Part shown: one piece after another, positions 46,888-57,148 of the stretch
Layout: each line of letters starts with the position of its first letter
How positions within the stretch are numbered: the first letter of the stretch is position 1
Assembly (NCBI GenBank): GCA_021648485.1
Contig: JAKISS010000003.1
Location: 3,988-67,987 of the forward strand
Length of the DNA stretch: 64,000 bases
Direction of reading: 5' to 3'
From: Gammaproteobacteria bacterium
GTDB taxonomy: Bacteria > Pseudomonadota > Gammaproteobacteria > SZUA-152
The notes under the pieces: model-generated
Seen by the model: the letters and a program-made list of their open reading frames with translations, nothing else
What the model was told of the DNA's origin: nothing
Database searches by the model: none
Translations under genes and position numbers: made by a program

Positions 46888-48944
46888 TCCAGAGATGTTT
46901 CCGGTTGTTGTAAATAGAATCCCTGAATAAAGTTGACGCCATGCTGCCATAATACGGCCAGACAGGCAGGGTCTTGTACATGTTCAGCAATGGTTAATAT
47001 ATTGTGAGCACGGCCAGCTTCGGCAACCAGTTGAATGATGCGTTGGCTTTCTTCACTGGCTGCATTGTTGATGTGGCTGCCATCAATTTTCAGGTATTTC
47101 AGTTTCAGGTGTTTCAGATAGGTAAGGTCGTCTGATTCTTTGCCTGCGTGGTCGAGCGCCATATTGCAATGCAGTTGTGTGAGTCCATCGGAGAAGACTT
47201 TGGCAGCTTTGATGTTTTCCAGGGCCGTCTGTTCACTGATTTCAAACACCAGACTGTCGCCGTGTAAGCGCGCAGCCTGCAATAATTTGCTGATCCACAC
47301 CAGCAGACTTGGGTCGCGTAAAGATTCAGCAGATATTTTGATAAAAAACTGGATTTCTTTGCCCACTTTGCGTTTGTCCAGAATGGCCTTGGCGGCACTT
47401 TTGATCACCCACTTATCAATTTCTTTCATAAGTCCAGCCTGCTCGGCAGCCTCAAGAAAATCGCCCGGCATGATGAGGGTGTTGTCCTGGTCTTGTAAAC
47501 GCAACAAAACTTCGTAACGCTCTCCCGGCTCAGCATGCAGGCTGACGATAGGCTGATAGTGTAATACGAAGCGATTGTTTTTGAGAGCAAGTTCCAGCAA
47601 TGTAGAAATGCGTTTGTCGGCTTCCAGGCTGGCAAGGGCATCTTCTTCGGAAAATATATGTACCTGGTTGCCGCCTTTTTCCTTGGCGCTATTGCAAGCC
47701 ATTTCTGTTTGAGAAACTGCTTTTTTTGCATCGGTGGTGGTTTCGGCAATAGTTGAGATGCCAATGCTAAAGGTTGTGGTGACGGCTTTTTCTTCTACTT
47801 CAAATATTTTTTCAGCCAGTCCCCTGCACAATTTTTCAGCTAGTTTTTCAGCCAGTTTTTGTTGTTGGCCGGAAAGGATGACGGAAAAAATAGTGCCGGC
47901 ATACCGGGCGATGTGGACGTTGTCTTCAGGAAGGATTTCCTGAATATATTGCGCAATGTCAGACAGCACCAGATCACTTTCGGCGATGCCAAGCGTGTCT
48001 TTGATATTCTTGAAATTGTCCGGCTCGATATACAGAAGCGCGAATTTTTCTTCATTTTTATTGGCCTGATTGACCGCATCCTGTACTTTTCCCATGAAAT
48101 ACTGGTTGTTGTACAGCCCGGTTAACAAATCCTGCTGGCGAAGTTGTTTAATCTCTTTTTCGAGTGCTTTGTCGTTGCTTTTGCGGTGAATCATTACCTG
48201 GGTGCAGGCTTCACCATCAATGCTGGCGCGTGAAAACTCCATGGTGGCGGCAAAGACTTCTCCATCTTCACGCACGGCCTGATATTCGAGCGTACCTTCC
48301 GGTGGCTGGTCATTGTTGATGCCGCGTAATACGTCTTTGAAACTCTGTTGTTCATCCGGGGTGATAAGGTCCATGATGGGAATACTTTCTAGGTCTTCAA
48401 TATCCTCATAGCCGAAAATATCCTGATAGCTTTGGTTGGCATAGATGTGCATGCCTTCATGGATGTAAGCAATGGGATCGCGAGAGCTGTCGATCAACAC
48501 GCGGTTACGTTTTTCACTTTCGTGATAGAGGCTTTTGCAACGGCGGTGTTCACGACGTTCATGGAGATTGTTGATTTCTCTTTCTATGGCCAGCAGGAGA
48601 TGCTCTTGTGCTTCGTTGGAAACAACATTGCTAGCACCGGCTTTCAGCAGCTTAATTGTGGTGGCATTGTCAGGTTCGCTGCCAAAAACAATGCCGGGAA
48701 TATCATTACCACTTTTTTTGATGATGGAAAGTGCCTGAATGGCCGGGAAGGGACCCGATTGCTGGGCAGCAAGCAGTAAGTCCCAGGTTTGGTTTTCCAG
48801 GGCTTCTTGCAGGTCTTCTGCATCTTCGATGTATTTGTGACGAATGGCGTAACCCGCATTTCTTAATGTGCTAACCAGTGCTTCTGCTTCGTTGGCAGAT
48901 TCTTCCAGAATGAGGGGGCGGATGACATTTCCAGCAGTATCCAA
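46863..48944 (-). CDS. FimX-like c-di-GMP-binding protein (REC-like–PAS–degenerate GGDEF–EAL)
   Basis: 693 aa. An N-terminal REC-like fold lacks the canonical acidic pocket. A PAS region follows. In the GGDEF domain the motif is replaced by ARYAGTIF (compare GDSIF in FimX). The EAL domain carries EVLLR, the EVL variant characteristic of FimX. Confidence 0.8.
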   Translation of the reverse strand: MDTAGNVIRPLILEESANEAEALVSTLRNAGYAIRHKYIEDAEDLQEALENQTWDLLLAAQQSGPFPAIQALSIIKKSGNDIPGIVFGSEPDNATTIKLLKAGASNVVSNEAQEHLLLAIEREINNLHERREHRRCKSLYHESEKRNRVLIDSSRDPIAYIHEGMHIYANQSYQDIFGYEDIEDLESIPIMDLITPDEQQSFKDVLRGINNDQPPEGTLEYQAVREDGEVFAATMEFSRASIDGEACTQVMIHRKSNDKALEKEIKQLRQQDLLTGLYNNQYFMGKVQDAVNQANKNEEKFALLYIEPDNFKNIKDTLGIAESDLVLSDIAQYIQEILPEDNVHIARYAGTIFSVILSGQQQKLAEKLAEKLCRGLAEKIFEVEEKAVTTTFSIGISTIAETTTDAKKAVSQTEMACNSAKEKGGNQVHIFSEEDALASLEADKRISTLLELALKNNRFVLHYQPIVSLHAEPGERYEVLLRLQDQDNTLIMPGDFLEAAEQAGLMKEIDKWVIKSAAKAILDKRKVGKEIQFFIKISAESLRDPSLLVWISKLLQAARLHGDSLVFEISEQTALENIKAAKVFSDGLTQLHCNMALDHAGKESDDLTYLKHLKLKYLKIDGSHINNAASEESQRIIQLVAEAGRAHNILTIAEHVQDPACLAVLWQHGVNFIQGFYLQQPETSLDYDFSSSE

Positions 48945-49029
48945 AAGTGGCTCCTAAAATTGTTAGTATTGGGGCGACAGAATTAACCTGAGGTGTTTTG
49001 AATCAGGTTATTTTTTAAAGAAAAGGTTG

Positions 49030-50889
49030 TTAAATCAGTGTCCATACGGCATCGAATTCGTCATCTGTCTCAGCATCGGCCGATGGTTTTGTTTTTTTCT
49101 GCACATTTTCAAGTACGGTAAATTCAAACTGAGAGAATACACCAGTGGATTCCAGTTGTTTAGTGAGTTTGATGCGTGTGCGACGTCCGTGGACGTTGGC
49201 AATCAGTTGGTCATCGGTTTGGTGCCAAGCATGTGTGATCAGTGTGGCAGGTTGGTCAATGCTGGACAATCGGGGTAATACCAAACTGCGCTGATATTTT
49301 TCCGCAGTGTCATCTTTGGTAATGGCAGAAAGCGCAATAGCATCAGCGCAGGGTGCCAGTTTCTGGATGCCAAGCTCAAGCCCGTTTTTCCAGTTTTTTA
49401 TGCGGCGGATAATGCCAATGCTGAGTTGTGTGCCGCTTGCGGCAATATTATCGCGGATACCCACCAGTTCGCCGACCTGGACTTTTTGTGAATCTTTTCC
49501 ATAAACCAGATAACCTAGCAGGCAGTAACCACCGGCACTTTCGTTGACGCCTTTGCAGGGCAACGGAGTGTGTGCGTATAAAGCGCTTTTGTCCTGAGTT
49601 TCGTCACCACGGGTTTCTGAAGTATGCTCGGGGTTGTTCGCCCGGTAGGTGAAATCCGGATCCCAGATATCCGGTGTATGGTCATCCAGATTGCTGATAC
49701 CAAACACGGGGCTGCTGGTGTAGTGGGCAGGTTCATCCAGCACAAAGTCCTCATCATCGTCCGTTGTTGAAACAAGGTTGCCCGTCTGTAGGGCATCTGT
49801 CGCTGTGGGGCAACTTGCTGTTGGGTCTTTCAACAGAGGGCGAATGACTTCATCGATGTAATGATGGGTTGCGCTCAGACCGAGAGTGATGGCAATTTCG
49901 TTGCTTTTTGAGGTGCGGGGGAAAGTACGGTGCGATTTTCCGCTCCAGGTGACGATCAGGCGTTTTTGTACATCGGGTGGAATTTTTGGGGCAGCATCAC
50001 CACCGGAGAGCATGGAGTTACTCATGGCCTGCACCAGTTCGCTGGTATCCACGGTACGACAGAATGCGGGGTTGACGGTGCCATCGTCACGGAAATAACC
50101 GGGAGCGGCATCGCTGTTCATATTGATGTTAAAGGCGTAGCTGTCATCCAGGATTTCGCCGTAAGGGTGGATGTGGGCATTGGCTCCCCAGGTTTCCAGT
50201 GTCCGATACACAGCCTCAGTGACATGTTGGCGCAAGCGGTAGGGGCCGACCAGGGCCAGCAGGAGGATTTGTTTGTAAATGTCAGCGATATTACTGTCCA
50301 ACACGGTCTCGGGGGCAACATGATCCTTGATCAACGTGACGTGCAACTGGCGGTTCTCTGCATACAAATAAAGACGATGCACTTGCAGCCAGACATTTTC
50401 CGGGTGCTGGATATAAATCTGATACGAGCACAGCAGCACATTACTGAGATAACGAATGGCACGATGCAGGCAAATGCCCAGGGTTTTGTTGTTCAGGCGT
50501 GAAAAAGTCTTGCTAAGTTTGCTTTGAATAATGGCCTTATAGCCAATGGCCATTTCCGAGTTCAGTTGAATAGCCAGCTCGGCAATTTTTTGATTTTTGG
50601 GAGAAAGAGGCAGATTTTGATTAATGTAGTGTGTTTTTAACACCTCTGTAATCTGGTAAACCGGTTCGCGCAGAAGCTCCATGGATTTATAACGGTCATG
50701 TGCAGACATGCTCAGGCGATTCATCTCACACAGTGTTGTATAAATAAGGCGTGCGCTTTCGCCGATGTTGGCCATCGGTAGCGAAGTGACCCAGGCCTCA
50801 ACCTGTTTTGGACGAGGGTCGAACGAACCCGAAGTGGGTTTGTTTTGTTCCGGGATGTTCAGTAATCCTTCAGACATGCTGTTCGCCAC
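49030..50889 (-). CDS. Large conserved hypothetical protein (paralog P2 of 45034..46887)
   Basis: 619 aa, co-oriented directly upstream of the fimX-like gene. The sequence blocks shared with P1 are listed under that feature. Confidence 0.6.
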   Translation of the reverse strand: MANSMSEGLLNIPEQNKPTSGSFDPRPKQVEAWVTSLPMANIGESARLIYTTLCEMNRLSMSAHDRYKSMELLREPVYQITEVLKTHYINQNLPLSPKNQKIAELAIQLNSEMAIGYKAIIQSKLSKTFSRLNNKTLGICLHRAIRYLSNVLLCSYQIYIQHPENVWLQVHRLYLYAENRQLHVTLIKDHVAPETVLDSNIADIYKQILLLALVGPYRLRQHVTEAVYRTLETWGANAHIHPYGEILDDSYAFNINMNSDAAPGYFRDDGTVNPAFCRTVDTSELVQAMSNSMLSGGDAAPKIPPDVQKRLIVTWSGKSHRTFPRTSKSNEIAITLGLSATHHYIDEVIRPLLKDPTASCPTATDALQTGNLVSTTDDDEDFVLDEPAHYTSSPVFGISNLDDHTPDIWDPDFTYRANNPEHTSETRGDETQDKSALYAHTPLPCKGVNESAGGYCLLGYLVYGKDSQKVQVGELVGIRDNIAASGTQLSIGIIRRIKNWKNGLELGIQKLAPCADAIALSAITKDDTAEKYQRSLVLPRLSSIDQPATLITHAWHQTDDQLIANVHGRRTRIKLTKQLESTGVFSQFEFTVLENVQKKTKPSADAETDDEFDAVWTLI

Positions 50890-51177
50890 GCGTACTCCTA
50901 CTCACTCATTTGGATCAGGTCAAACAATGGTATTGAATTCATCAGATACATTAAAAAACAGCGTACCTGTGAGTTTCTCTGCTCAGAGAGTATACGATTC
51001 TGCGGCCAAAACGCCACACTGATGCACTTTTACAACGGGTTTTGTGATTGTTTCGGCAAAGAATAGACGTACTTTAGCTTGACAGACAGGTAATATTCCC
51101 GGCAGCACGGGGTATTTTTTGCTAAGCGACCGGGGCTTTTCCCCTTAAGTTGATAAAAAACGGGACACCGCAGGTTT

Positions 51178-52212
51178 TTAAGGGTTGATGGGCGTTTTGT
51201 GGGCTTTTCCGGCGATTTCACGCACCAGCTGCGGCACCAGAAATCCGGGTAACCGTTGGCGAATTTCATTCATCAGTGATATGGCCATGGTTTCGGGTAC
51301 GTCAAAATGTCCCGCACCCTGCACGCGATCCAGAAGGTGCAAATAGTAGGGCAACACGCCGCTGGCAAACAGAGATTCATTGAGTTCGCACTGTGCATTG
51401 ACGCTGTCGTTCACGTCTTTCAGCAATACAGCCTGGTTGAGCAGGGTAACGCCGATGCGGTGCAGCTTGTTGAGCGCGTGTTGTACGTCATTGCCCAGTT
51501 CATTGGCATGATTGCAATGGGTAACCAGCACAATCTGCCAGGGTAAATCAGACAGCCAGCGTAAAAAATGGTCATTAATGCGTTCAGGTAATACGATGGG
51601 CATGCGGGTGTGGATGCGTAGCCGTCGCAGGTGGGGAATGTGACGCAGGGCATTGCTGATTCCGCTCAGCCGTTCTGTACTGAGCGATAGCGGGTCGCCG
51701 CCACTGAGAATGACTTCGGTGATTTCCGGGCGGGCTGCGATGTACTTGGCTGCTGCTGTCCACTGATGATCACCAGGCCGGTTTTTTGTGTAGGGAAAGT
51801 GTTGTCGAAAACAGTAGCGGCAGTGAACAGGGCAGGTGCCTGTGGTGATTAACAGCACCCGACCGTGGTATTTATGCAGCAGGCCAGGAAGAGCTGTCGC
51901 AACGGCATCACCCACCGGATCGAGCAGAAAATCAGGCTGTATGGCCGACTCCAGTTGACGTGGTAATACTTGCAGCAGCAGAGGGTCTGCGGGGTCTCCC
52001 GTGCGGATGCGTGCCACGTAATTACGTGGCACACGCAGCGGGAAAGTTTGTTGTAGGCTGATGCCCCCGGGAATGTCATCGGCACTGAGTCCTACCGCAG
52101 CCAGTAACTCAAGGGGGTCTTTAATGGCGCGGGCCAGTTCTCTTTGCCAAAGGCTGTTTTCTGCGGATTCGCTGTCATCTGACTGACAAAGGCTGGCAGT
52201 AAGCGGTATCAT
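51178..52212 (-). CDS. epmB: EF-P beta-lysylation protein EpmB (lysine 2,3-aminomutase paralog, radical SAM)
   Basis: [11 protein letters not shown] radical-SAM cluster motif. The KamA-family layout. It is divergent from efp, as in E. coli yjeK-efp. Confidence 0.85.
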   Translation of the reverse strand: MIPLTASLCQSDDSESAENSLWQRELARAIKDPLELLAAVGLSADDIPGGISLQQTFPLRVPRNYVARIRTGDPADPLLLQVLPRQLESAIQPDFLLDPVGDAVATALPGLLHKYHGRVLLITTGTCPVHCRYCFRQHFPYTKNRPGDHQWTAAAKYIAARPEITEVILSGGDPLSLSTERLSGISNALRHIPHLRRLRIHTRMPIVLPERINDHFLRWLSDLPWQIVLVTHCNHANELGNDVQHALNKLHRIGVTLLNQAVLLKDVNDSVNAQCELNESLFASGVLPYYLHLLDRVQGAGHFDVPETMAISLMNEIRQRLPGFLVPQLVREIAGKAHKTPINP

Positions 52213-52276
52213 GCGTCGTCTTCTGGAGATGAACTCTTCACGGAAAAAACAAGTATGTTCCCAGATTGAGGTAGAA

Positions 52277-52846
52277 ATGGCTAATTACGCAACCAATGAA
52301 TTTAAAAACGGCCTGAAAGTCATGGTCGATAACGATCCCTGTTCGATGATCGATGTTGATATGGTGAAGCCGGGAAAGGGTCAGGCTTTTACCCGCGTCA
52401 AATTGCGTAACCTGATTTCCGGACGTGTGGTGGAGCGTACCTACAAATCCGGAGAATCCCTGCCTGGGGCCGACGTGATGGACACCGACATGCAGTACCT
52501 TTATAACGATGGTGAATTCTGGTATTTCATGCATCCCGAAACTTTCGAGCAGGTGGCTGCTGATGCCGCCGCCGTGGGTGATCAGCACAAGTGGCTGAAG
52601 GAACAGGACATGTGTGAAGTGACCACCTGGAATGAGCGGCCCATCGCTGTTACCACGCCTAATTTTGTTGAGTTGCGCATTACCGAAACCGATCCCGGTC
52701 TCAAGGGCGACACTGCTCAGGGCGGCATCAAGCCTGCAACGCTGGAAACGGGGGCTATGGTGCGTGTGCCACTGTTTATCGAGACTGACGAGATGATTAA
52801 AGTGGATACGCGCAGCGGCGAATACGTGGGGCGGGTGAAAAGTTAA
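52277..52846 (+). CDS. efp: Elongation factor P
   Basis: [45 protein letters not shown]… is near-canonical EF-P and includes the modified-lysine loop PGKGQA. 189 aa. Confidence 0.9.
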   Translation: MANYATNEFKNGLKVMVDNDPCSMIDVDMVKPGKGQAFTRVKLRNLISGRVVERTYKSGESLPGADVMDTDMQYLYNDGEFWYFMHPETFEQVAADAAAVGDQHKWLKEQDMCEVTTWNERPIAVTTPNFVELRITETDPGLKGDTAQGGIKPATLETGAMVRVPLFIETDEMIKVDTRSGEYVGRVKS

Positions 52847-52885
52847 CGGCGGTCTTGCCAAAAGCTGTGATTGGTTGAGCGGATA

Positions 52886-53872
52886 ATGACTGAGCAGGTG
52901 ACTGACTGGCAGCCCACGGCCACACTGGCAGCGCTGCGTCAACGAGCCGAACTATTGGCCCGGTTGCGTCGGTATTTTGCCGGGCAGGGTGTGCTGGAGG
53001 TGGAGACCCCGCTGTTGTCTTCTGCGGGCATTCCCGATCCGCATATCCCCAGTTTTACCACCACGCCGGGTCCGGATGGCGAGGCATCGCGTTATCTCAA
53101 TACCTCCCCTGAATTTGCCATGAAGCGACTGTTGGCAGCAGGGTCAGGGCCGATTTTTCAAGTTTGTAAAGCTTTTCGTCGTGGTGAGCAGGGCAAGTAT
53201 CACAACCCCGAATTTACCCTGTTGGAATGGTATCGGCCAGGTTTTGATCATTTGCGACTGATGGATGAAGTGGATGTATTGGTACGACAGCTGGCTGAAG
53301 GGCATCGTTCTCTGGGTTGTTCAGAGAAGCTCAGTTACCAGGCCTGTTTCCAGCGATATCTGGAAATCGACCCGTTCAACGTGGATGTGTCTATGCTGAA
53401 ATCCTGCGCCCAGGTTCAGGGGCTGGGTGAAGTGGCAGGGTTGTCAGTTGCAGACAAGGACACCTGGCTGGATTTGCTCATGAGCCATTGCGTTCAGCCT
53501 CACCTGGGTAAAGAAGGGCCGGTGTTCGTTTATGATTATCCGGCAAGTCAGGCGGCTTTGGCGCGCATTCGTCCTGTTGAGCCGCCTGTGGCCGAACGTT
53601 TTGAACTATTTATTGATGGCATTGAACTGGCCAATGGTTTTCACGAATTACAGGATGCCCATGAACAGCGCGAGCGTTTTGAGGCCGATCTGGTGCGTCG
53701 GCAAGTGGAAAAACTGGAACCTGTTGCGCTGGATGAACGTTTACTCAGGGCGTTGTCGGCGGGATTGCCTGCCTGCGCGGGCGTTGCTTTGGGTTTGGAT
53801 CGACTGCAACTTGTACTGACAGACTGTAGTCATATACGGGATGCCCTTGCATTTCCCTACGAGCGTAGTTAG
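52886..53872 (+). CDS. epmA: EF-P–lysine lysyltransferase EpmA (PoxA/GenX, class II aaRS paralog)
   Basis: MTEQVTDWQPTATLAALRQRAELLARLRRYFAGQGVLEVETPLLS parallels E. coli EpmA. The class II motifs FRRGEQGKYHNPEFTLLEWY and GIELANGF are present. Confidence 0.85.
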   Translation: MTEQVTDWQPTATLAALRQRAELLARLRRYFAGQGVLEVETPLLSSAGIPDPHIPSFTTTPGPDGEASRYLNTSPEFAMKRLLAAGSGPIFQVCKAFRRGEQGKYHNPEFTLLEWYRPGFDHLRLMDEVDVLVRQLAEGHRSLGCSEKLSYQACFQRYLEIDPFNVDVSMLKSCAQVQGLGEVAGLSVADKDTWLDLLMSHCVQPHLGKEGPVFVYDYPASQAALARIRPVEPPVAERFELFIDGIELANGFHELQDAHEQRERFEADLVRRQVEKLEPVALDERLLRALSAGLPACAGVALGLDRLQLVLTDCSHIRDALAFPYERS

Positions 53873-54265
53873 TTTTGGTATGCGCGTTTGATTTGACACT
53901 GTTTAGTAACATAAAGTTGTCGAAATTTTTTACATCTTTCAGTGCGTCGCCGGGTAGGTAATTATAGTTTGATATGTTAACCTCATGATTTTACAGAGTG
54001 TTTTCTGGTCTTTTGATGCTTGGCTTGTAAATTGCAATGTAATGGAGCATTAACAGGCTGGAGATAGTCCCGTTTTTGTCAGGCAGTAAGGAAGACGACG
54101 TTCATTTTGACAGTGGAAAATGGATGGTGATCTGCATCTGTGAGTGTGGGTTGTCGGGTATATTCAGATACCGGATAGTTAAGTATTCCCGAGAAGTTTT
54201 CGGTGGTTGGAACAGTAGTGGAACTGATGGTATCTTACAGCCTCCAATGGAGGGGAGAGACGAAC

Positions 54266-54625
54266 ATGGAAAAACGCTGGAGCGAAAGAAAATTATTGCA
54301 GGTTGATGTTGATGTGTATCAGCAGGGCGAGTTGTTAGGCTCCTGCGTTTCAGCGGACATTGGCCTTGGAGGTGCATTTCTTACTCGGGAATGTACGTTT
54401 GCCATGCCTTATGAGGCAGGTGTCGAGCTGGTTTTCAGTCTGGCTTTCGAAGATCAAAACACCAAGCACAAAATCAACGCCCGCGTGGCTCGGGTTTCCG
54501 ATATGGGTGTTGGTTTGAAATTTTGTGATTTTGATACGGGTGTTTTTCGCTCTTTGCAGGAAATTATGCTGTATAAGAAAAACACGCCAGTGGAAAACAT
54601 CATCAGCCAAACGGGCACTCACTGA
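54266..54625 (+). CDS. PilZ-domain c-di-GMP receptor protein
   Basis: RWSER (RxxxR) followed by SADIGLGGAF ((D/N)xSxxG-like DIGLGG), about 120 aa. GGAGG lies upstream of this ATG. Confidence 0.65.
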   Translation: MEKRWSERKLLQVDVDVYQQGELLGSCVSADIGLGGAFLTRECTFAMPYEAGVELVFSLAFEDQNTKHKINARVARVSDMGVGLKFCDFDTGVFRSLQEIMLYKKNTPVENIISQTGTH

Positions 54626-54639
54626 CACCTGTCATTTTA

Positions 54640-54710
54640 GTGCTGCCCCATTAACAGCGTCGCGTGTCTCGCGACATTGTTAATGGGGCAGCACCGTTGC
54701 TTTTTATTTT
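54640..54710 (+). terminator. Long near-perfect palindrome (25-bp arms, 2 mismatches) plus T-tract; rho-independent terminator of the PilZ gene
   Basis: GTGCTGCCCCATTAACAGCGTCGCG-tgtct-CGCGACATTGTTAATGGGGCAGCAC followed by CGTTGCTTTTTATTTT. Confidence 0.55.
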
Positions 54711-54901
54711 CCCGTTTGCGACTTTTCAGTTTTGTTGCGCCACTGGGTGTAGCATTCAATCCCGCAAAAATACTGAGCATACTCATCGGCTTCACTGCTC
54801 ATCGCAACCGATTCAGGGATTTCTGTCAAACAGATGCTACAGGTAACGGTGTCGGACTTGATGGGCGGAAGTTTTTCCGCAGAGCTGGTTTTCTCAGACA
54901 T
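54704..54901 (-). CDS. DUF3330-like small Cys-rich (zinc-ribbon-like) protein
   Basis: 65 aa. CSICLTEIPES…YFCGIECY has four Cys in a C-x2-C…C-x3-C arrangement. Confidence 0.5.
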   Translation of the reverse strand: MSEKTSSAEKLPPIKSDTVTCSICLTEIPESVAMSSEADEYAQYFCGIECYTQWRNKTEKSQTGK

Positions 54902-54957
54902 GATAAATACCTCGTATGGGCTGCTTTAAGTATAGCTGGCCCGATTAACGGTGTGAC

Positions 54958-55848
54958 TCAACATCGCTTGGCGATGGCTTGTCCCATTTGCACGCTGTCT
55001 GTTGCCTGAATATTGTCAAGCCAGTGAACGGCACCCTTGCCGGTTAACAAAATGACCGTTGAGCCCATGTTGAAGCGGGCAATTTCGTCACCTTTCTGAA
55101 ATTGATGAGCGGGTGCTGCACTGTCGTAATCCCAGTGGCGAATTTGACGACCTGCGGGCGGGGTGACTTCACCGGCCCATACGGTTTCGATGCTGGCCAC
55201 AAAAATGGCACCCACCATCACCATGGCCAGAGGGCCGATATCGGTATCAAAATAAGCAACTACACGTTCGTTGCGTGCAAACAGACGAGGTACGGCGCGG
55301 GCAGTGGACGGGCTGACGCTGAACAGGCGGCCAGGGATGTGTGTCATGGCTGTGAGTTTGCCGGCAATGGGCAGGTGAATGCGGTGATAATCCCGTGGCG
55401 AAAGGTATATTGTGGCAAAACCGCCGTCTTCGAATTGTTGCGCCCTTTTTGTGTCATCGCCCACTAATTCCAACAGAGTGTAGTTACGTCCTTTGGCCTG
55501 AAAAATACGGCCATCTTTTATTGTGCCCAGTTGACTGATGGCTCCATCCACTGGGCAAGCCAGCAGATTTTTATCAGTAACAACGGGACGCGCATCGGCA
55601 TGCAGGGCACGGGTAAAAAAGGCGTTGAAATCAGGGTAGTTGTCCAGATCAGGTTCCAGTGCCAGACTCATGTCTACCTTGAACTGCTTGACGAACCAGC
55701 GGGTAAACGCTGTTTTCCACCAGTGGATTTTACTGCGGGTAATGGCATGCATGATACGTGACAAGGCATGGTGTGGCAGCAGGTAGCTTGGCCATGCTTT
55801 AGCATAATCAAGCAGGCTTGCACCGTGTTGAGGGCGGGAAGTAGGCAT
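54958..55848 (-). CDS. psd: Phosphatidylserine decarboxylase proenzyme
   Basis: FNAFFTRAL…RPV, LSPRDYHRIHLP, FARNERVV, and the self-cleavage motif LGSTV (…FNMGSTVILL) parallel E. coli Psd. The start was chosen at MPTSRP; the ORF-track N-terminal 41 codons have no homology. Confidence 0.85.
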   Translation of the reverse strand: MPTSRPQHGASLLDYAKAWPSYLLPHHALSRIMHAITRSKIHWWKTAFTRWFVKQFKVDMSLALEPDLDNYPDFNAFFTRALHADARPVVTDKNLLACPVDGAISQLGTIKDGRIFQAKGRNYTLLELVGDDTKRAQQFEDGGFATIYLSPRDYHRIHLPIAGKLTAMTHIPGRLFSVSPSTARAVPRLFARNERVVAYFDTDIGPLAMVMVGAIFVASIETVWAGEVTPPAGRQIRHWDYDSAAPAHQFQKGDEIARFNMGSTVILLTGKGAVHWLDNIQATDSVQMGQAIAKRC

Positions 55849-55864
55849 GGTTTTCTCGGTGTTT

Positions 55865-56356
55865 TTAATGTTGATGTGAATGTGAGTCGTGTTGCCCGTT
55901 GTGCAGGGTATTGGCTGTTGCTTTTTTAACGGGCAGGGAAATTTCCAGTGAACTGTTTGTTGAATGTTCATCGGTGAAAAACAGAGTGAGGGTTATGTTG
56001 TCGCCAGCCTTAAGACGTTTTTTGGGGTTTATCAGCATCAGGTGCATGCCACCTGGCCGAAAGACGATATGTCCTTTACTGTTTAATATGACCTGCGGAA
56101 CAGGCAGCATTTTGCTCATACCGTCATGTTGTTCTGTGCGATGCATTTCAATTCGTTTGAAATCAGGAGAAGAGAGGCCCGTCAGAGTATACATGCTAGG
56201 CGAAGGGTTTTGTAACGTTAAGTAGGCGGCTATTACACTTGTTTTTGGCGGGGCTTCCCGTGCCCAGGCATCATGTACATGAAGTTTGTCAGCCGCGTTG
56301 ATGGTGGTCATCATCAATAATAAAACCAACGGGAATATTTTTGTCAGTGCCATCAT
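55865..56356 (-). CDS. Periplasmic copper chaperone PCu(A)C (DUF461)
   Basis: A signal peptide, then HVHDAWAREAPP…AAYLTLQN and an H(M)x10Mx21HxM-like Met/His pattern. A His-rich tail follows (HDSHSHQH). Confidence 0.7.
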   Translation of the reverse strand: MMALTKIFPLVLLLMMTTINAADKLHVHDAWAREAPPKTSVIAAYLTLQNPSPSMYTLTGLSSPDFKRIEMHRTEQHDGMSKMLPVPQVILNSKGHIVFRPGGMHLMLINPKKRLKAGDNITLTLFFTDEHSTNSSLEISLPVKKATANTLHNGQHDSHSHQH

Positions 56357-56375
56357 ACGTTGTTTCAAGGGGCCA

Positions 56376-57002
56376 TTACGGCGTGTTGAGTGAATAGTTG
56401 TTACGTAACGCCAGGTATTGTGCAAGAACTTCTTCAGCATAGTGTGGCGCTTTGAAGCGTGCATAGTAGCGGGCTTGTGGATCGATCAGCAACATGGCGC
56501 TGGAATGATTAACGATGGCTCCACCCGCAGGGTCGGTTTCCAGGCTGAATTTGGAATCCAGCTGACGGGCAAACGTGGTTAGCGCATCGACGCTGCCGGT
56601 GGCACCGAGAAAAGACTCGTTGAAATAACCGACATATTCAGCCAGTGATTCGGGGCTGTCCCTCTGCGGGTCTACTGAAACAAGCACAAACTGTGTATCG
56701 TCCTGCACTTCTGATGGCAGCTGTTGGGCCATTTGTGCCAGCTCGGTGAGTGTCATGGGGCAAATGTCAGGGCAGTGAGTGTAACCGAAAAAGAGTAATG
56801 TCCATTTGCCTTTCAGGCGCTCAATATCCAGTGGTTTCAGGTCATGGGCGGTGAGCTGAAAGGTGGTTAATGGTTTTGGCTCCATCAGGCGTGCCTCGGT
56901 GCCTGGCGCGGCGTTATCGTTTTGTTGCACCAGGCTGGCAGCGGCACCGATCAGCAAAATAGTGATGATCAGGCTCAGTGTTATTTTTACGGATTGAGAC
57001 AT
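56376..57002 (-). CDS. SCO1/SenC-family thioredoxin-like copper chaperone
   Basis: A signal anchor, the CPDICP (CxxxC) copper site, and the downstream conserved His. It lies upstream of PCu(A)C in the same orientation. Confidence 0.8.
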   Translation of the reverse strand: MSQSVKITLSLIITILLIGAAASLVQQNDNAAPGTEARLMEPKPLTTFQLTAHDLKPLDIERLKGKWTLLFFGYTHCPDICPMTLTELAQMAQQLPSEVQDDTQFVLVSVDPQRDSPESLAEYVGYFNESFLGATGSVDALTTFARQLDSKFSLETDPAGGAIVNHSSAMLLIDPQARYYARFKAPHYAEEVLAQYLALRNNYSLNTP

Positions 57003-57148
57003 GAGGTGAATTATCGCACGATAATTCACCTCAGGCGGTTTATACTGTGCGTCTTTTTTTAGGCGACAGTATGTTGGTCGCAGCAACCAATACATGAGTG
57101 AATAGAGCAACTATGTCTGCAAGTACACAATTTCGCCACGATCAACCT

